Source: an uncultured Gemmataceae bacterium
GTDB lineage: Bacteria; Planctomycetota; Planctomycetia; Gemmatales; Gemmataceae
Assembly: GCA_963750165.1 (NCBI GenBank)
Contig: CAVVPN010000004.1
Coordinates: 256,001 to 320,000 of the forward strand
DNA: 64,000 nucleotides
Direction: 5' to 3'
Position numbers and translations under genes: made by a program. Below the pieces are notes generated by a model that ran no database searches, was not told the DNA's origin, and saw nothing but the letters and a program-made list of their open reading frames with translations. Positions 1-9,794 of this stretch are shown here, in pieces (the stretch's first letter is position 1; each line of letters opens with the position of its first letter).

Positions 1-3000
1 CTGTTTTCCTTCGAGACCGACAACGAGCAGCACGGCCATGAATCTATCAGTGAGATGTCGGCGATCCCTAACAACAACTGGGATATTGCCGGTATCAATT
101 GGACCAGCAGTGTGCAGGTGTGGAATGTCGATCCGGATGAAAACGCCGCCGTCTCCGATGCAATTAAGGCCGCTCTCATTGACAGCGACACGTATGTAGC
201 CATTCAGGCCGCTGTCGCCCAGGCCCAGGCAAACAACCAGCGGATTGTGTTCCAGGACAGCATCACGACTCCTATCACGAGCGACCTCAGTTCTGTGATC
301 GCGGCGAACTCGGACAACGCCTTGTTCGCCAAAGCCGCCGGTAACGGCGGCCCCCCCGGGGCTACCGATCCGAACTATCTAAACAGCGTCGAGGGTATAG
401 GCGCGCTGGCAGCCACCGATAGCAACGTCATCTCTGTGGGCGCTTTGCAGCACACCCAGGACACGGTGGACGGCTTCGCAAACGCCTCGCAAGTCAACCT
501 GGCCTCGTATTCGAATCGCGGTTCCAACCTGACTCTGGTGGCGCCAACGGATTCGCCCGCGACGAACAGCGGCGGCAAGGTCAACATCTTCACAGGCACT
601 TCCGCCGCCGCTCCCAACCTGGCCGGCATCGCCTCGCTCGTCTGGAGCGTTGACCTTAACCTCACCGCCGGCCAGGTGAACGACATTCTGACCGGTACGG
701 CGATTGATCTTGGTGCTCCAGGCCGCGACAACACTTACGGTTACGGGCTGGTCGATGCCGACGCCGCCGTGCGCCGGGCCTTTGCATTGAACGCGAATCC
801 GGCTCTCGCCAACCTCTACAACAATGACGGCTCGCGTGTTGGCGCTCCCGAGACGGGGGTGCCCCCCACGCCCCCGCCACCCGAGCTGGCCCCCATCAGC
901 GCCCAAAACGCCACCGAGGGCCAGACCCTGACCATCCCGCTCATGGGCCTCATCACCCAGAACACCACCGACCCAAACCATCAGTGGACCTACACCATCA
1001 ATTGGGGCGACGGCACTCCTCTCCAATTTGGCAATGCCATCATCGATGTTGCCGGCTCCGAGGCCCATTTCGACGGCAGCCACCTGTACACCACTGCCGG
1101 CAGCTATCAAGTGACCATGCAAGTCCAGGATAACCTCGGGCTCAGCACTAGCGAGAGCTTTACCGTCACGGTCGCCGAGGTTCCCCCGCACCTCGATCAG
1201 CTCACGGTTGCTCCGCAGTACAACGAGGGCGATGTCGTGGACCTTGGCGGTGTCGGCTACCAGGCCCCCAATCCTAACCGTGTCTACACCGCGACGGTCA
1301 CCTGGGGCGACGGCACCACCGACAACGGCCTGGTGGAAGAGATCACGCGCCCTGATGGACTTTCCGGCGGCGTGATCACCTTCCCCACGCATGTCTACGC
1401 CACCAAGGGCCAATACATCATCACGGTCTCGATGCAAGACGATGCCGGCGTCGGAGATACCACATCGACAACGATCACGGTCAACAACCTCCCGCCGACC
1501 ATCGACCCGCTCAATATTACTTCCCCGGCCAACGAAGGCGATCCGGTGAGCGTCGGCGTCACCTTCCACGACCAGGGCACGTCCGAGACTCACAACGCCG
1601 TCATCAACTGGGGCGATGGCACGGCCACGCAGACCGGCACCGTGGTGGAACACCCCTTCGGACCGCCCGGCTCGAGCACGGGCGCTACCGGTTCCGTCAA
1701 CTTCATGCCCCATGTCTATGCCGATGAGGGGACCTACACGATTTCGGTAATCGTCACCGACAACCTCGGGGCGTTTGCGACGCGAACGTTTACCCTCACG
1801 GTCAATCCCGTGCCGATGACCATCGACTCCATCGACGATCAGATCGTCAATCAAGGCGATGCCTTCTCGCTCAACGGCCCCGACGACATTGTGACCTTCC
1901 ACGCGCAGGGGACCGCCGATCAGCACATTGCCAGCATCAACTGGGGCGATGGCACCGTTAGCAAGGGACAGGTGACGGAGCATAGCGGCCCCTCGGGCAC
2001 GCCGGTGCCCAACGACGGCACGGTGCTGTTCCCCGACCACTACTACAATCACCAGGGGACTTACCAGGCGACGGTCACCATTTCGGACCGGGACCCATCC
2101 TCGCCGGACGTACCCACGACGGCGACGTTCATTGTCACCGTTTTCGGCGTGGAGCCGACCATCGGCAGTATCGCCAACCAGACGGTGACTCCGGGCGACC
2201 CGGTTCAGATTGGCCTGGTTGGTTTCGCCCCTCCGGGATCGCAGACCTTCCTGGCTCCCGGGAGCACCATCACCCTCTCCGGCAGCGGCTTCACGGGCGC
2301 GACCCAGGTGTTCTTTGTGGACGCCAGCGACAACAGCATTCCCGCACTGAGTTTCGGCGTGGTTTCGGACACGTCCATTTCCGCAATGGTGCCGCTCAAC
2401 CTGTCCGGGCCCCAGACCTTCTCGGTCGTGACCCCGGCAGGCACTGTGCCCGCGGAATTGGCGAGCAGCTTCGATACCTACCAGGCCACCATCGACTGGG
2501 GCGACAACTCGACCCCGGATAACGCCATCATTACAGAACCACTAGAACCTAACGGCACTCCCTTCGTCCCCCTCGCCGGCACTCTCAGTTTCCCGGACCA
2601 CGTCTACGCGGCCAACGGCATGTACACGGTGACAATCACCCTGACCGATACCTATCTGACGAGCACTCTCTCGCCCGCGACGGAGACGTTCCAGGTAACG
2701 GTAGGCAGTCCCCAGAAGTTGGCCGGCATTCCCAGGCCGGCGACCTCTGGCGCGCCTGATTTGACCGAGGCGGAACTGACGGCCGCTGTGAGCGAGGCCG
2801 TTTCCCTGCTGGCGGCCGCGGGCTTCAATGTCAGCATCTTGAGCCAGGTCGAATTCCATATCGCCCCCTTGCAAAACTCCCTGCTCGGCGTCACCTTCCA
2901 GAAGAACATTTGGATCGATGTGAATGCCCAGGGTTACGGCTGGTATACCGGCGTCCTGGCGGCCTCCGGTGCCGCCTTCGCCCAGCCTGTCGCAGGCAAC

Positions 3001-3480
3001 GAGTTTGCGGCCCTGCCCGGCAGCCCCGCCTTCGGCCATGTCGATCTGCTCACGGTGGTCACGCACGAGTTGGGCCACGTTCTCGGCTTCGGCAGCATTG
3101 CTCCGTCCGTCCTGGCGCACGACTGGATGACCGCGACGCTGGAGATGGGAGTGAGGCGTTACCCGGATCAGCAGGAGCCTACCGTAACTGCCGACCCGGC
3201 CCTCGACGCCGTCTTCGCACCGGCGGCCATTCTCCAGGAGGACCGCTTCATGCTCCTCGCCCCGTCCGCCTCCGGTCCGATCCCTGACGGACCGTCCGCG
3301 GCGCCACTTAAGGCTGCCGCGGGCTTGCTGGCTGACGGCATTGACGACTGGTATCCGCCCATTACCTCGCTGGCCCGCGACGTGGCCGTGCAATCCGAGG
3401 ACAATCACGCCGCTATCGACCTGGTATTCGCCGACTGGAAAAAGTGGACCTCAGTTGATTGGGATAACGTTGATGGTTAA
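1..3480 (+). CDS. Large secreted S8 (subtilase) peptidase with 5 PKD-like repeats, an IPT/TIG-like insert and a C-terminal matrixin-like HExxH segment; 5'-truncated by the window edge
   Basis: Frame 1 is open from base 1 (LFSFETDNEQHGHESISEM...). It shows a His motif, AAGNG, YSNRG, GTSAAAP and YGYGLVDA. Five (I/V)xWGD(G/N) repeats follow, then DLLTVVTHELGHVLG. Confidence 0.85.
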   Translation: MFSFETDNEQHGHESISEMSAIPNNNWDIAGINWTSSVQVWNVDPDENAAVSDAIKAALIDSDTYVAIQAAVAQAQANNQRIVFQDSITTPITSDLSSVIAANSDNALFAKAAGNGGPPGATDPNYLNSVEGIGALAATDSNVISVGALQHTQDTVDGFANASQVNLASYSNRGSNLTLVAPTDSPATNSGGKVNIFTGTSAAAPNLAGIASLVWSVDLNLTAGQVNDILTGTAIDLGAPGRDNTYGYGLVDADAAVRRAFALNANPALANLYNNDGSRVGAPETGVPPTPPPPELAPISAQNATEGQTLTIPLMGLITQNTTDPNHQWTYTINWGDGTPLQFGNAIIDVAGSEAHFDGSHLYTTAGSYQVTMQVQDNLGLSTSESFTVTVAEVPPHLDQLTVAPQYNEGDVVDLGGVGYQAPNPNRVYTATVTWGDGTTDNGLVEEITRPDGLSGGVITFPTHVYATKGQYIITVSMQDDAGVGDTTSTTITVNNLPPTIDPLNITSPANEGDPVSVGVTFHDQGTSETHNAVINWGDGTATQTGTVVEHPFGPPGSSTGATGSVNFMPHVYADEGTYTISVIVTDNLGAFATRTFTLTVNPVPMTIDSIDDQIVNQGDAFSLNGPDDIVTFHAQGTADQHIASINWGDGTVSKGQVTEHSGPSGTPVPNDGTVLFPDHYYNHQGTYQATVTISDRDPSSPDVPTTATFIVTVFGVEPTIGSIANQTVTPGDPVQIGLVGFAPPGSQTFLAPGSTITLSGSGFTGATQVFFVDASDNSIPALSFGVVSDTSISAMVPLNLSGPQTFSVVTPAGTVPAELASSFDTYQATIDWGDNSTPDNAIITEPLEPNGTPFVPLAGTLSFPDHVYAANGMYTVTITLTDTYLTSTLSPATETFQVTVGSPQKLAGIPRPATSGAPDLTEAELTAAVSEAVSLLAAAGFNVSILSQVEFHIAPLQNSLLGVTFQKNIWIDVNAQGYGWYTGVLAASGAAFAQPVAGNEFAALPGSPAFGHVDLLTVVTHELGHVLGFGSIAPSVLAHDWMTATLEMGVRRYPDQQEPTVTADPALDAVFAPAAILQEDRFMLLAPSASGPIPDGPSAAPLKAAAGLLADGIDDWYPPITSLARDVAVQSEDNHAAIDLVFADWKKWTSVDWDNVDG

Positions 3481-3682
3481 CCGTAGTGTCACATTGAGGA
3501 TGTAGGAATTTGTCACCTTTTCTTTGGGACAATACCCAAGGAACTGATTGGGTGTTTGGAGCCTTGATGACCTTTCATCACTGTCCGAAGGAAACGGCAC
3601 ACGTCGGCCGTCATTTGTAGTCCACCGCGTCTGCGCCGTCTAATTGATGGACCTTCCCGAACGTCAGCGGCAACAGCGGTCC

Positions 3683-4640
3683 TCAGGGACCCACCTTCAT
3701 CTTTTTCAGGTGCGCCTCCGCCCCGTCGCCGAGCAGGTCGCGGTGCATCCGTCGCTCGTCGCCGAAAAATGCCCGGCCGATGTGCCCGTCCAGCACCGCG
3801 GTCGCCAGCAGGTTCAGCGCCCGCGCCTCATCGAAAATCCCCTCCGCGTAGAGGAGGCGACCGCCCTCTCCCGACTGGCCCAGCAACCGGGCGAAATACT
3901 GCGTGTTGACGTTGCCCTGGCGCGGCAGCGCCGAGCCCAGAATCAGCACGCGCAGGCGCTTCCACTCCGCGTCGGTCATGTCGGCTTTCCAGGTCGTGAC
4001 CTGCTTGTGCAGTGCCTCCAGTTGGGCCGCTGCCGCGGCCGCCGCGTTGGCCAGCAGCAGATCGCCAGTGCCGCGCGCGAACTTCGCCAGCGCCGCCGCA
4101 TCGACCTTCCCGGCTTCCAGCACCCCGTCCAGGAACTGCAGGGACGCAGCGACGATCTGCTGCTGACGGGCCAACGTGGCCTTGTCGAGCGCCAGGCCGT
4201 CCAGTGCGCGCTTCACCCGGCGGACCTGTTCGCGGTAGCGCTCCAGTTCCTTCCGGCGGTCGGCAGTTAGTTCCGCGGGCGGCTCGGGGCCGCCCAGGGC
4301 GGTGTAGAGCGCCAGCGGGATGTGGGCGATGTTCTTCAGCGCGGCATAGGTGGCCGGCCTCGTCTTGACCTCCGTGCGCTTGCCCTTGCGGAGCAGCACC
4401 AACTCATCGCCGGAGGCGATGATGATCGGGTCGAGGCGGCCCAGTGTCTCCTTGCGGGCGCGGCTGTAGACGGCGCGGAACGTCTTGTTGGCCTCGTCCA
4501 GTGCCTGGTCCGCCGGCTGCGCGGCCGGCGCCTGGGCGGCGGGGCCGGCGCTGCACGAGCAGCATCAGCGCCGCGGTCAGGACGGCGAACGTCAGCAGCC
4601 CGGCGGCGCGGCGGCCGACGGGGCTCAGGGTCCGTTGCAT
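3683..4640 (-). CDS. Exported hypothetical protein, frameshifted near 4550
   Basis: A signal peptide (MQRTLSPVGRRAAGLLTFAVLTAALMLLV) starts at ATG 4640 in one frame. The body (AQPADQALDEANKTFRAVY...KKMKVGP) is in the frame of ORF 3683..4402, which stays open upstream to about 4565. Confidence 0.65.
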
Positions 4641-4804
4641 GGGGAAGTCCTCAAGGAGGTCGGGGCGGCTGCGGCCATGCTGCACCATACCGCGGTGGGG
4701 CGACGGAGGAAAGAGGCGGCCGCTGGCCAACACAAGCGGTGGGGGGTATAGTGTGTCCACGATGAGTGGGACGGAAGCGCTTCTCGCATTCAGGAGACGG
4801 CAAG

Positions 4805-5240
4805 ATGAAACGGTTGCGGACACTGGCGCTGGTGGTGGCGTTCGCCGCGGTGCTGAGCCCGGTGGGCGGGAGCGGCGGCCAAAAGGGCTCCAACCTGGAC
4901 GGCACCTGGCTGGCGGAGTCGGTGATTGACGCCGGCAAGAAACAGCCGGACGCGGTCGCCAAGGATAGCCGCCTGGTCATCAAGGGCAACGCCTTCACCA
5001 TGTACCAGGGCAAGGACATCATCAAGGGCACCTTCAAGGCCGACGACAGCAAGAGCCCCAGGGAAGTGGACTCGTCCTTCGACGACGGCAAGGGCAAACA
5101 GATCGTCATTCAGTGCATCTACGAGGTGAAGGGCGACACCATGCGCGTCTGCGGCGCCCTGGGCAAGGCGCGGCCCAAGGAGTTCAGCAGCACTGCCGAA
5201 AACGGCTACGAGTTGGTCACGTACAAGCGCGAAAAAGTAA
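4805..5240 (+). CDS. TIGR03067-like planctomycete secreted beta-barrel protein
   Basis: Signal peptide followed by LDGTW...GTFKAD...IYEVKGDTMRVC...RPKEF. The natural end is probably the TAA at 5238-5240, which is out of frame by one base in an A-run; the computed ORF reads through into the repeat. Confidence 0.75.
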
Positions 5241-5244
5241 GGGG

Positions 5245-5307
5245 TTCACCACAAAGACACAAAGAGCACAAAGAAGACTTTTGTGCTCTTTGTATCTTTG
5301 TGGTGAA
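5245..5307. repeat. Palindromic REP-like element, family A (TTCACCACAAAGACACAAAGAGCACAAAG arms)
   Basis: Inverted arms lie between convergent genes; near-identical copies are at 8998 and 20327. Confidence 0.9.
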
Positions 5308-5315
5308 TCCACCGT

Positions 5316-6962
5316 TCACGGCAACGGCCGATGCTGGTAGTAGCGGCTCAGGGCGCGGACGCGCTGCACCTGGTACGCCGTCACGAACGCCAGCACGACC
5401 AGGCCCACCAGGAAAATCAGGTTGTGGTGCGGGGCCGGCAGTGGCTCCAGGCAGTGCCGCACCACGCACTGCACCGCGTACGACCCGGCCACCAGTGCCG
5501 CCGTGTACCATACCACCGCGACACGAAACCACAGCCCCGCCGCCGCGATCAGCACCGGATAGCCGACCGCCACCGGCCCCTGCCAGAAGGGATACACCTC
5601 CATCAGCGCCGTGAACAACGTCACGTCCGCGGTCGCCCAGGCATAGGGCAACAGGTCGCGCCAGCGCTCCCCCGTCAGTAGCCGCTGAAAGCCGAACGAC
5701 GCCAGTCCCCACACCACCAGCAGCCCCTGCACCAGCAGGTGCAGCCCCCACTCGTCGTGCGGGTGCAGGCGATAATTGGCTTCCACGATGGCGCACACCA
5801 CGCCCAGCGCCACCAGCCGCGCCGCCAGCGCCGGCTCGCGCCGCGTCCAGCGGCGCAGGCGGTGCATCAGGCCAGCGCACCGCGGCTCCACGGCCTCGCC
5901 GGCGAGGTAGCGGTCCAGGTCGTCGGCGACCGCGGCGGCGGACGGATAGCGCTCCTCCGGTGTTTTCTCCAGGCAGCGCAGGCAGACCGCTTCCAGGTCT
6001 GCGGGCACCCGGCGGTTCAACCGTCGCGGCCGGGCCGGTTCGCCCTCAAGAACCTGCACCAGCGTGTCCAGCGGCGACTCCTCGAGGAACGGCGGCCGGC
6101 CGGTCAAGCACTCGTAGAGCACCGCCCCGAGGCTGTACACGTCGCTGGACGGCCCAACCGCGGCGGTGCGCCCGGACGCTTGCTCGGGCGCCATGTAGCT
6201 GGGCGTGCCCAGGATGGCGCCCGTGCTGGTATGCTGACTGTCGCTCTGCAGCAGTTTGACCAGGCCGAAGTCGGTGACGTAGGGCACGTCATCCGCGTCG
6301 AGCAGGATGTTGGATGGCTTGAGGTCGCGATGGACGTAGCCCTTCTGGTGCAGCAGGTGGACGGCACGGGCCACGGCGGCGACAAGGCGGGCAGCGCGTT
6401 CCGGCTCCAGCGGTCCCGCCTTGAGCACGGTCGCCAGGCTCGGGCCTTCGATGTAGCGCATGGCGAAGTACGGTTGGCCATTCCACTGACTGGCCTCGTA
6501 GATCGGCACAATGTTGGGGTGGTGCAGGTGGGCAGCGGCGCACGCCTCGACGTGGAAGCGCTGCAGCGCGTCCACCGAGGCCAGGTGGTTGCCCAGGATC
6601 ATCTTCAATGCCACGGGCCGGTCCAGGTCCTTTTGCCGCGCCTTGTAGACGACGCCCATACCGCCGCGGCCCAGTTCCTCCAGGATTTCGTAGTTGCCGA
6701 AGTCGCCCAGGGGCGTGCCGCTGACGCCGGCGGGGCCACCCGCGTCCGGAAGCGTGGCCGTAACCTGATCGCCCGCGGCCAGGGGTTCGCACGGCGGCGC
6801 CAGCTGGTCCAGGGCGTCCAGGCATTCGAGCGCCGCGGCCAGGTGCGGGAAGTCGCGGAGCAGCTGGGCGCGGTCGGGCGCCTGGCCGCGCTGCAATCGG
6901 TCGAGGTAGTCGTTGAGGGCGCGGAAGGCGGCGTCCTCGGTCGGCGGGTCGATGGTTGCCAT
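5316..6962 (-). CDS. Hanks-type Ser/Thr protein kinase with C-terminal transmembrane helices
   Basis: Motifs LGRGGMGVVY, VALK, HRDLKPSN, DFGL, GTPSYMAPE and SDVYSLG; the C-terminus is hydrophobic. Confidence 0.95.
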   Translation of the reverse strand: MATIDPPTEDAAFRALNDYLDRLQRGQAPDRAQLLRDFPHLAAALECLDALDQLAPPCEPLAAGDQVTATLPDAGGPAGVSGTPLGDFGNYEILEELGRGGMGVVYKARQKDLDRPVALKMILGNHLASVDALQRFHVEACAAAHLHHPNIVPIYEASQWNGQPYFAMRYIEGPSLATVLKAGPLEPERAARLVAAVARAVHLLHQKGYVHRDLKPSNILLDADDVPYVTDFGLVKLLQSDSQHTSTGAILGTPSYMAPEQASGRTAAVGPSSDVYSLGAVLYECLTGRPPFLEESPLDTLVQVLEGEPARPRRLNRRVPADLEAVCLRCLEKTPEERYPSAAAVADDLDRYLAGEAVEPRCAGLMHRLRRWTRREPALAARLVALGVVCAIVEANYRLHPHDEWGLHLLVQGLLVVWGLASFGFQRLLTGERWRDLLPYAWATADVTLFTALMEVYPFWQGPVAVGYPVLIAAAGLWFRVAVVWYTAALVAGSYAVQCVVRHCLEPLPAPHHNLIFLVGLVVLAFVTAYQVQRVRALSRYYQHRPLP

Positions 6963-6975
6963 CGGCTCCTCTACG

Positions 6976-7091
6976 GCGAGCGAGGTCGCGTCAGCGCCCC
7001 GTGTAAGTTCACGGGGCGCTGACGCGACCCCGCTCGCTGATTTTAATTCACGGGGCGCTGACGCGACCCCGCTCGCTGATTTTAATTCACG
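6976..7091. repeat. Family B element: one inverted copy plus two 39-bp tandem copies of CACGGGGCGCTGACGCGACCCCGCTCGC
   Basis: Inverted copy at 6976-7003. Direct copies at 7010-7037 and 7049-7076 are each followed by TGATTTTAATT. Confidence 0.9.
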
Positions 7092-7717
7092 TTAGCCACG
7101 ACTGCGCTGACCGCAGCGCGGCCAGCGCCTCTTCCAGTTTTTGCAGCGCCCGCATCCACAGCATTTGCACCGCTGGGCGCGAACGGCCCATGCGCTCGGC
7201 CACCTCCTGGAACGACAGCCGTTGCAGGTTGCGCAGCTGAATAACCTCGCGGTAGTCCGGCGGCAGCCCCGCCAAAGCGTCGGCGATTTGCAACTCGCGC
7301 TCCTGGCGCAGCAGTTGCTGGCTGGGCGATTCGCCGGGGTCGGCCACATCGCTGGGGCCGGCAGCGCGGCCGCCCTCCGAACCGCCCAGCGGCAGCTCGC
7401 GGCCGACGCGGCGCTTGCCCGCCGTCTGGTAGTAGCGCACGTAGTTGGCGGCGTTGTGCGCCAGGATGCGCCGCAGCCACGCCAGCCACTCCGCCTCGGT
7501 GCTGCCGCGGAAGTGGCCGAAATCGCGGTACGCCTCCAGCAGCGTTTGCTGCACCAGGTCCGACGCATCCACCTTGCGCGCAACCACGGCTCGACGTGGG
7601 CACGGGCCATCAACGCCAGGTAATTGCGGCACGTCTCGAACAACCGGTCCAGGTGCTCCGGGGCGTTGCCGCGCGCCGCGCCAGCAGGTCGGCCACGCTC
7701 AGGCTCGGGTTGCTCAT
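7087..7717 (-). CDS. ECF-type sigma-70 factor (planctomycete subfamily), with two apparent frameshifts near 7675 and 7578
   Basis: Pieces across three frames: MSNPSLSVADLL / LDRLFETCRNYLALMARAHVEPWL / KVDASDLVQQTLLEAYRDF...WLRRIL...LPPDYREVIQLRNLQRLSFQEVAERMGRS. Confidence 0.85.
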
Positions 7718-7832
7718 GGCCGCGGTCCCGCGGGGAAATTGCTCCGTCCGGCGCAATCGCTTTGCGCCCCCATCTCGTCTATCAGATGAGGCCCCCGTTT
7801 CCAAGCGTTTTCCCATCGTCCGAGGTACACGC

Positions 7833-8987
7833 ATGTTCCCATCGAACCTCTTCCGTAGCGCGGCCGTGCTGGCGGTCGCCACCCTGCTGACCGGCGCCGT
7901 TCGCGCCCAGGACCGGCCGCAAAAGCAAGCGGATCGGCCGCACGTCGAGGTCGTGTTCGTCCTGGACACGACCAGCAGCATGACCGGCCTGATCGACGCC
8001 GCCAAGCAGAAAATCTGGGCCATCAGCAACCAGATCGCCGGCGGCAAGCCAACGCCGCACGTCAAGATCGGCCTGGTCGCCTTCCGCGACCGCGGCGACG
8101 CCTACGTCACCAAGGTCATCGACCTGACCGACGACCTCGACGCCATCCACGGCCATCTGATGGGCTTCAAGGCCGAGGGCGGCGGCGACACCCCCGAGAG
8201 CGTCAACCAGGCCCTCAACGAGGCCGTCACCAAGATCACCTGGAGCAAGCATAAAAAGACGCTGAAGCTGATCTTCCTCGTCGGCGATGCGCCGCCGCAC
8301 ATGGACTACAAGGACGATGTGAAGTACCCGGTGAGCTGCCAGCTGGCGGTCAAGAACGACATCCTCATCAACACGGTGCAGTGCGGCAACCACGCCGAGA
8401 CGAAGAAATACTGGCAGGAAATTTGCCGGCTGGGCGAGGGCTCGTACGTGCAGATCGACCAGGGCGGCGGCCCGGTGGTGGTGGTGGCGACGCCGTTCGA
8501 CAAGGATCTGGCGAAGATCAACACCGAACTGGCCACGACGACGCTGTGCTATGGCAACGCCGTGTTGCAGGCCGCGGGCAAGAAGAAGACGGATGCGGCC
8601 AAGGGGTTGGCGGCGCCGGTCGCGGCGGAGCGGGCCGGCTTCGCGGGCAAGTCCGGCATGGCCGCGAGCTATGACCTGCTCGACGCCATCAAGAGCGGCA
8701 AGGTCAAGCTCAAGGACCTGAAGGAGAGCGAACTGCCCGAGGAAATGCGCAAGCTGAAACCGCAGGAGCGCGAGGCGTTTTTGGCCAAGGCCGAGAAGAC
8801 GCGGGCGGACCTGCTGACGCGGGCGGCCGACCTGGACAGGAAGCGCGGCAAGTTCATCGCCGACAAGATGGCCGCGGACAAGACGAACAAGGGCCGCGAC
8901 AGCTTCGACAGCCAGGTGCTGCAAATCCTCGCCCGCCAGGCGACGCGCGCCAACATCCAGTACGCCATCGAGGCCAAAAAGAAGTAA
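7833..8987 (+). CDS. Secreted von Willebrand factor A domain protein
   Basis: Signal peptide, MIDAS-like motif DTTSSM, GGGDTPE and LVGDAPPH. Confidence 0.85.
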   Translation: MFPSNLFRSAAVLAVATLLTGAVRAQDRPQKQADRPHVEVVFVLDTTSSMTGLIDAAKQKIWAISNQIAGGKPTPHVKIGLVAFRDRGDAYVTKVIDLTDDLDAIHGHLMGFKAEGGGDTPESVNQALNEAVTKITWSKHKKTLKLIFLVGDAPPHMDYKDDVKYPVSCQLAVKNDILINTVQCGNHAETKKYWQEICRLGEGSYVQIDQGGGPVVVVATPFDKDLAKINTELATTTLCYGNAVLQAAGKKKTDAAKGLAAPVAAERAGFAGKSGMAASYDLLDAIKSGKVKLKDLKESELPEEMRKLKPQEREAFLAKAEKTRADLLTRAADLDRKRGKFIADKMAADKTNKGRDSFDSQVLQILARQATRANIQYAIEAKKK

Positions 8988-8997
8988 CGCCCAAACG

Positions 8998-9097
8998 GGA
9001 TTCACCACAAAGACACAAAGAGCACAAAGAAGACAGAAGATTGGTTTTTCAATTCTTTTTGTCTTCTTTGTGCTCTTTGTGTCTTTGTGGTGAATCC
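8998..9097. repeat. Palindromic REP-like element, family A
   Basis: About 37-bp inverted arms with an AT-rich spacer, between the convergent vWA and aat genes. Confidence 0.9.
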
Positions 9098-9101
9098 GTA
9101 T

Positions 9102-9788
9102 TTAGGGATCGACGAAGCGCACGTCCTTCGTCAGCGCCCGCCGCAGTCGCCGCAGATACTCCGCCCGGGGAATCTCCGTCGCGCCCATCCGCGTCGTGTG
9201 TTCCGTCACCAGCTGGATGTCGCACAACTCGAAGCCGCGCTCGCGCAGCCGCTCCACCGTGAACACCAGCGCCACCTTCGACGCATCTGTTTCGCAGTGG
9301 AACATCGATTCGCCCGCGAACAGGCCGCCCATCGCCACACCGTACAGCCCGCCCGCCAGCCGGCCAGAGCGCCACACCTCGACGCTGTGGGCGTGGCCCA
9401 GCGCGTGCAACCGTTCGTAAGCGCTCAGCATGGCCGCCGTGATCCAGGTGCCCTCGACACGGTCGGCACAACCGCGCATGACGCCGGCGAAGTCGCGATT
9501 GACGGTGACGCTGAAACGGCCGGAGCGAAGGGTGCGCCGCAACCGGCGCGAGACGTGCAGGCCGTCCAGTTCGATGACGCCGCGCGGGTCCGGCGACCAC
9601 CAATGAACGGGCTCGTGCTCATCGAACCAGGGGAAGACGCCGTGGCGGTAGGCGCGCAGGAGCCATTCGGGCCGCAGATCGCCGCCGACCGCGACCACGC
9701 CCCAGGCGTCCGCCCGGGACGGATCGAGGTCGCGCGGCGAAAAGCGCGTAATGCCGAGCAAGCGGAGGATGGTTTCGAGCGCAGGCAA
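9102..9788 (-). CDS. aat: Leucyl/phenylalanyl-tRNA--protein transferase
   Basis: Motifs GGDL, AYRHGVFPW, WWSPDPR, AHSVEVW, GGLYGV, FAGESMF and DASKVAL. The start codon is uncertain. Confidence 0.92.
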   Translation of the reverse strand: MPALETILRLLGITRFSPRDLDPSRADAWGVVAVGGDLRPEWLLRAYRHGVFPWFDEHEPVHWWSPDPRGVIELDGLHVSRRLRRTLRSGRFSVTVNRDFAGVMRGCADRVEGTWITAAMLSAYERLHALGHAHSVEVWRSGRLAGGLYGVAMGGLFAGESMFHCETDASKVALVFTVERLRERGFELCDIQLVTEHTTRMGATEIPRAEYLRRLRRALTKDVRFVDP

Positions 9789-9794
9789 GGCCGG

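Noticed and set aside
3655..3682. CCGAACGTCAGCGGCAACAGCGG as half of a second attC site
   Set aside because: There is no complementary right arm or GTT box.
5241..5614. C-terminal extension of the TIGR03067-like ORF (PQRHKEHKE...)
   Set aside because: It is a translation of the palindromic repeat and of the antisense kinase gene, following a probable homopolymer error.
7010..7091. Possible mini CRISPR array
   Set aside because: The intervening sequences are identical and only 11 nt long, there are just two direct copies, and no cas genes are present.
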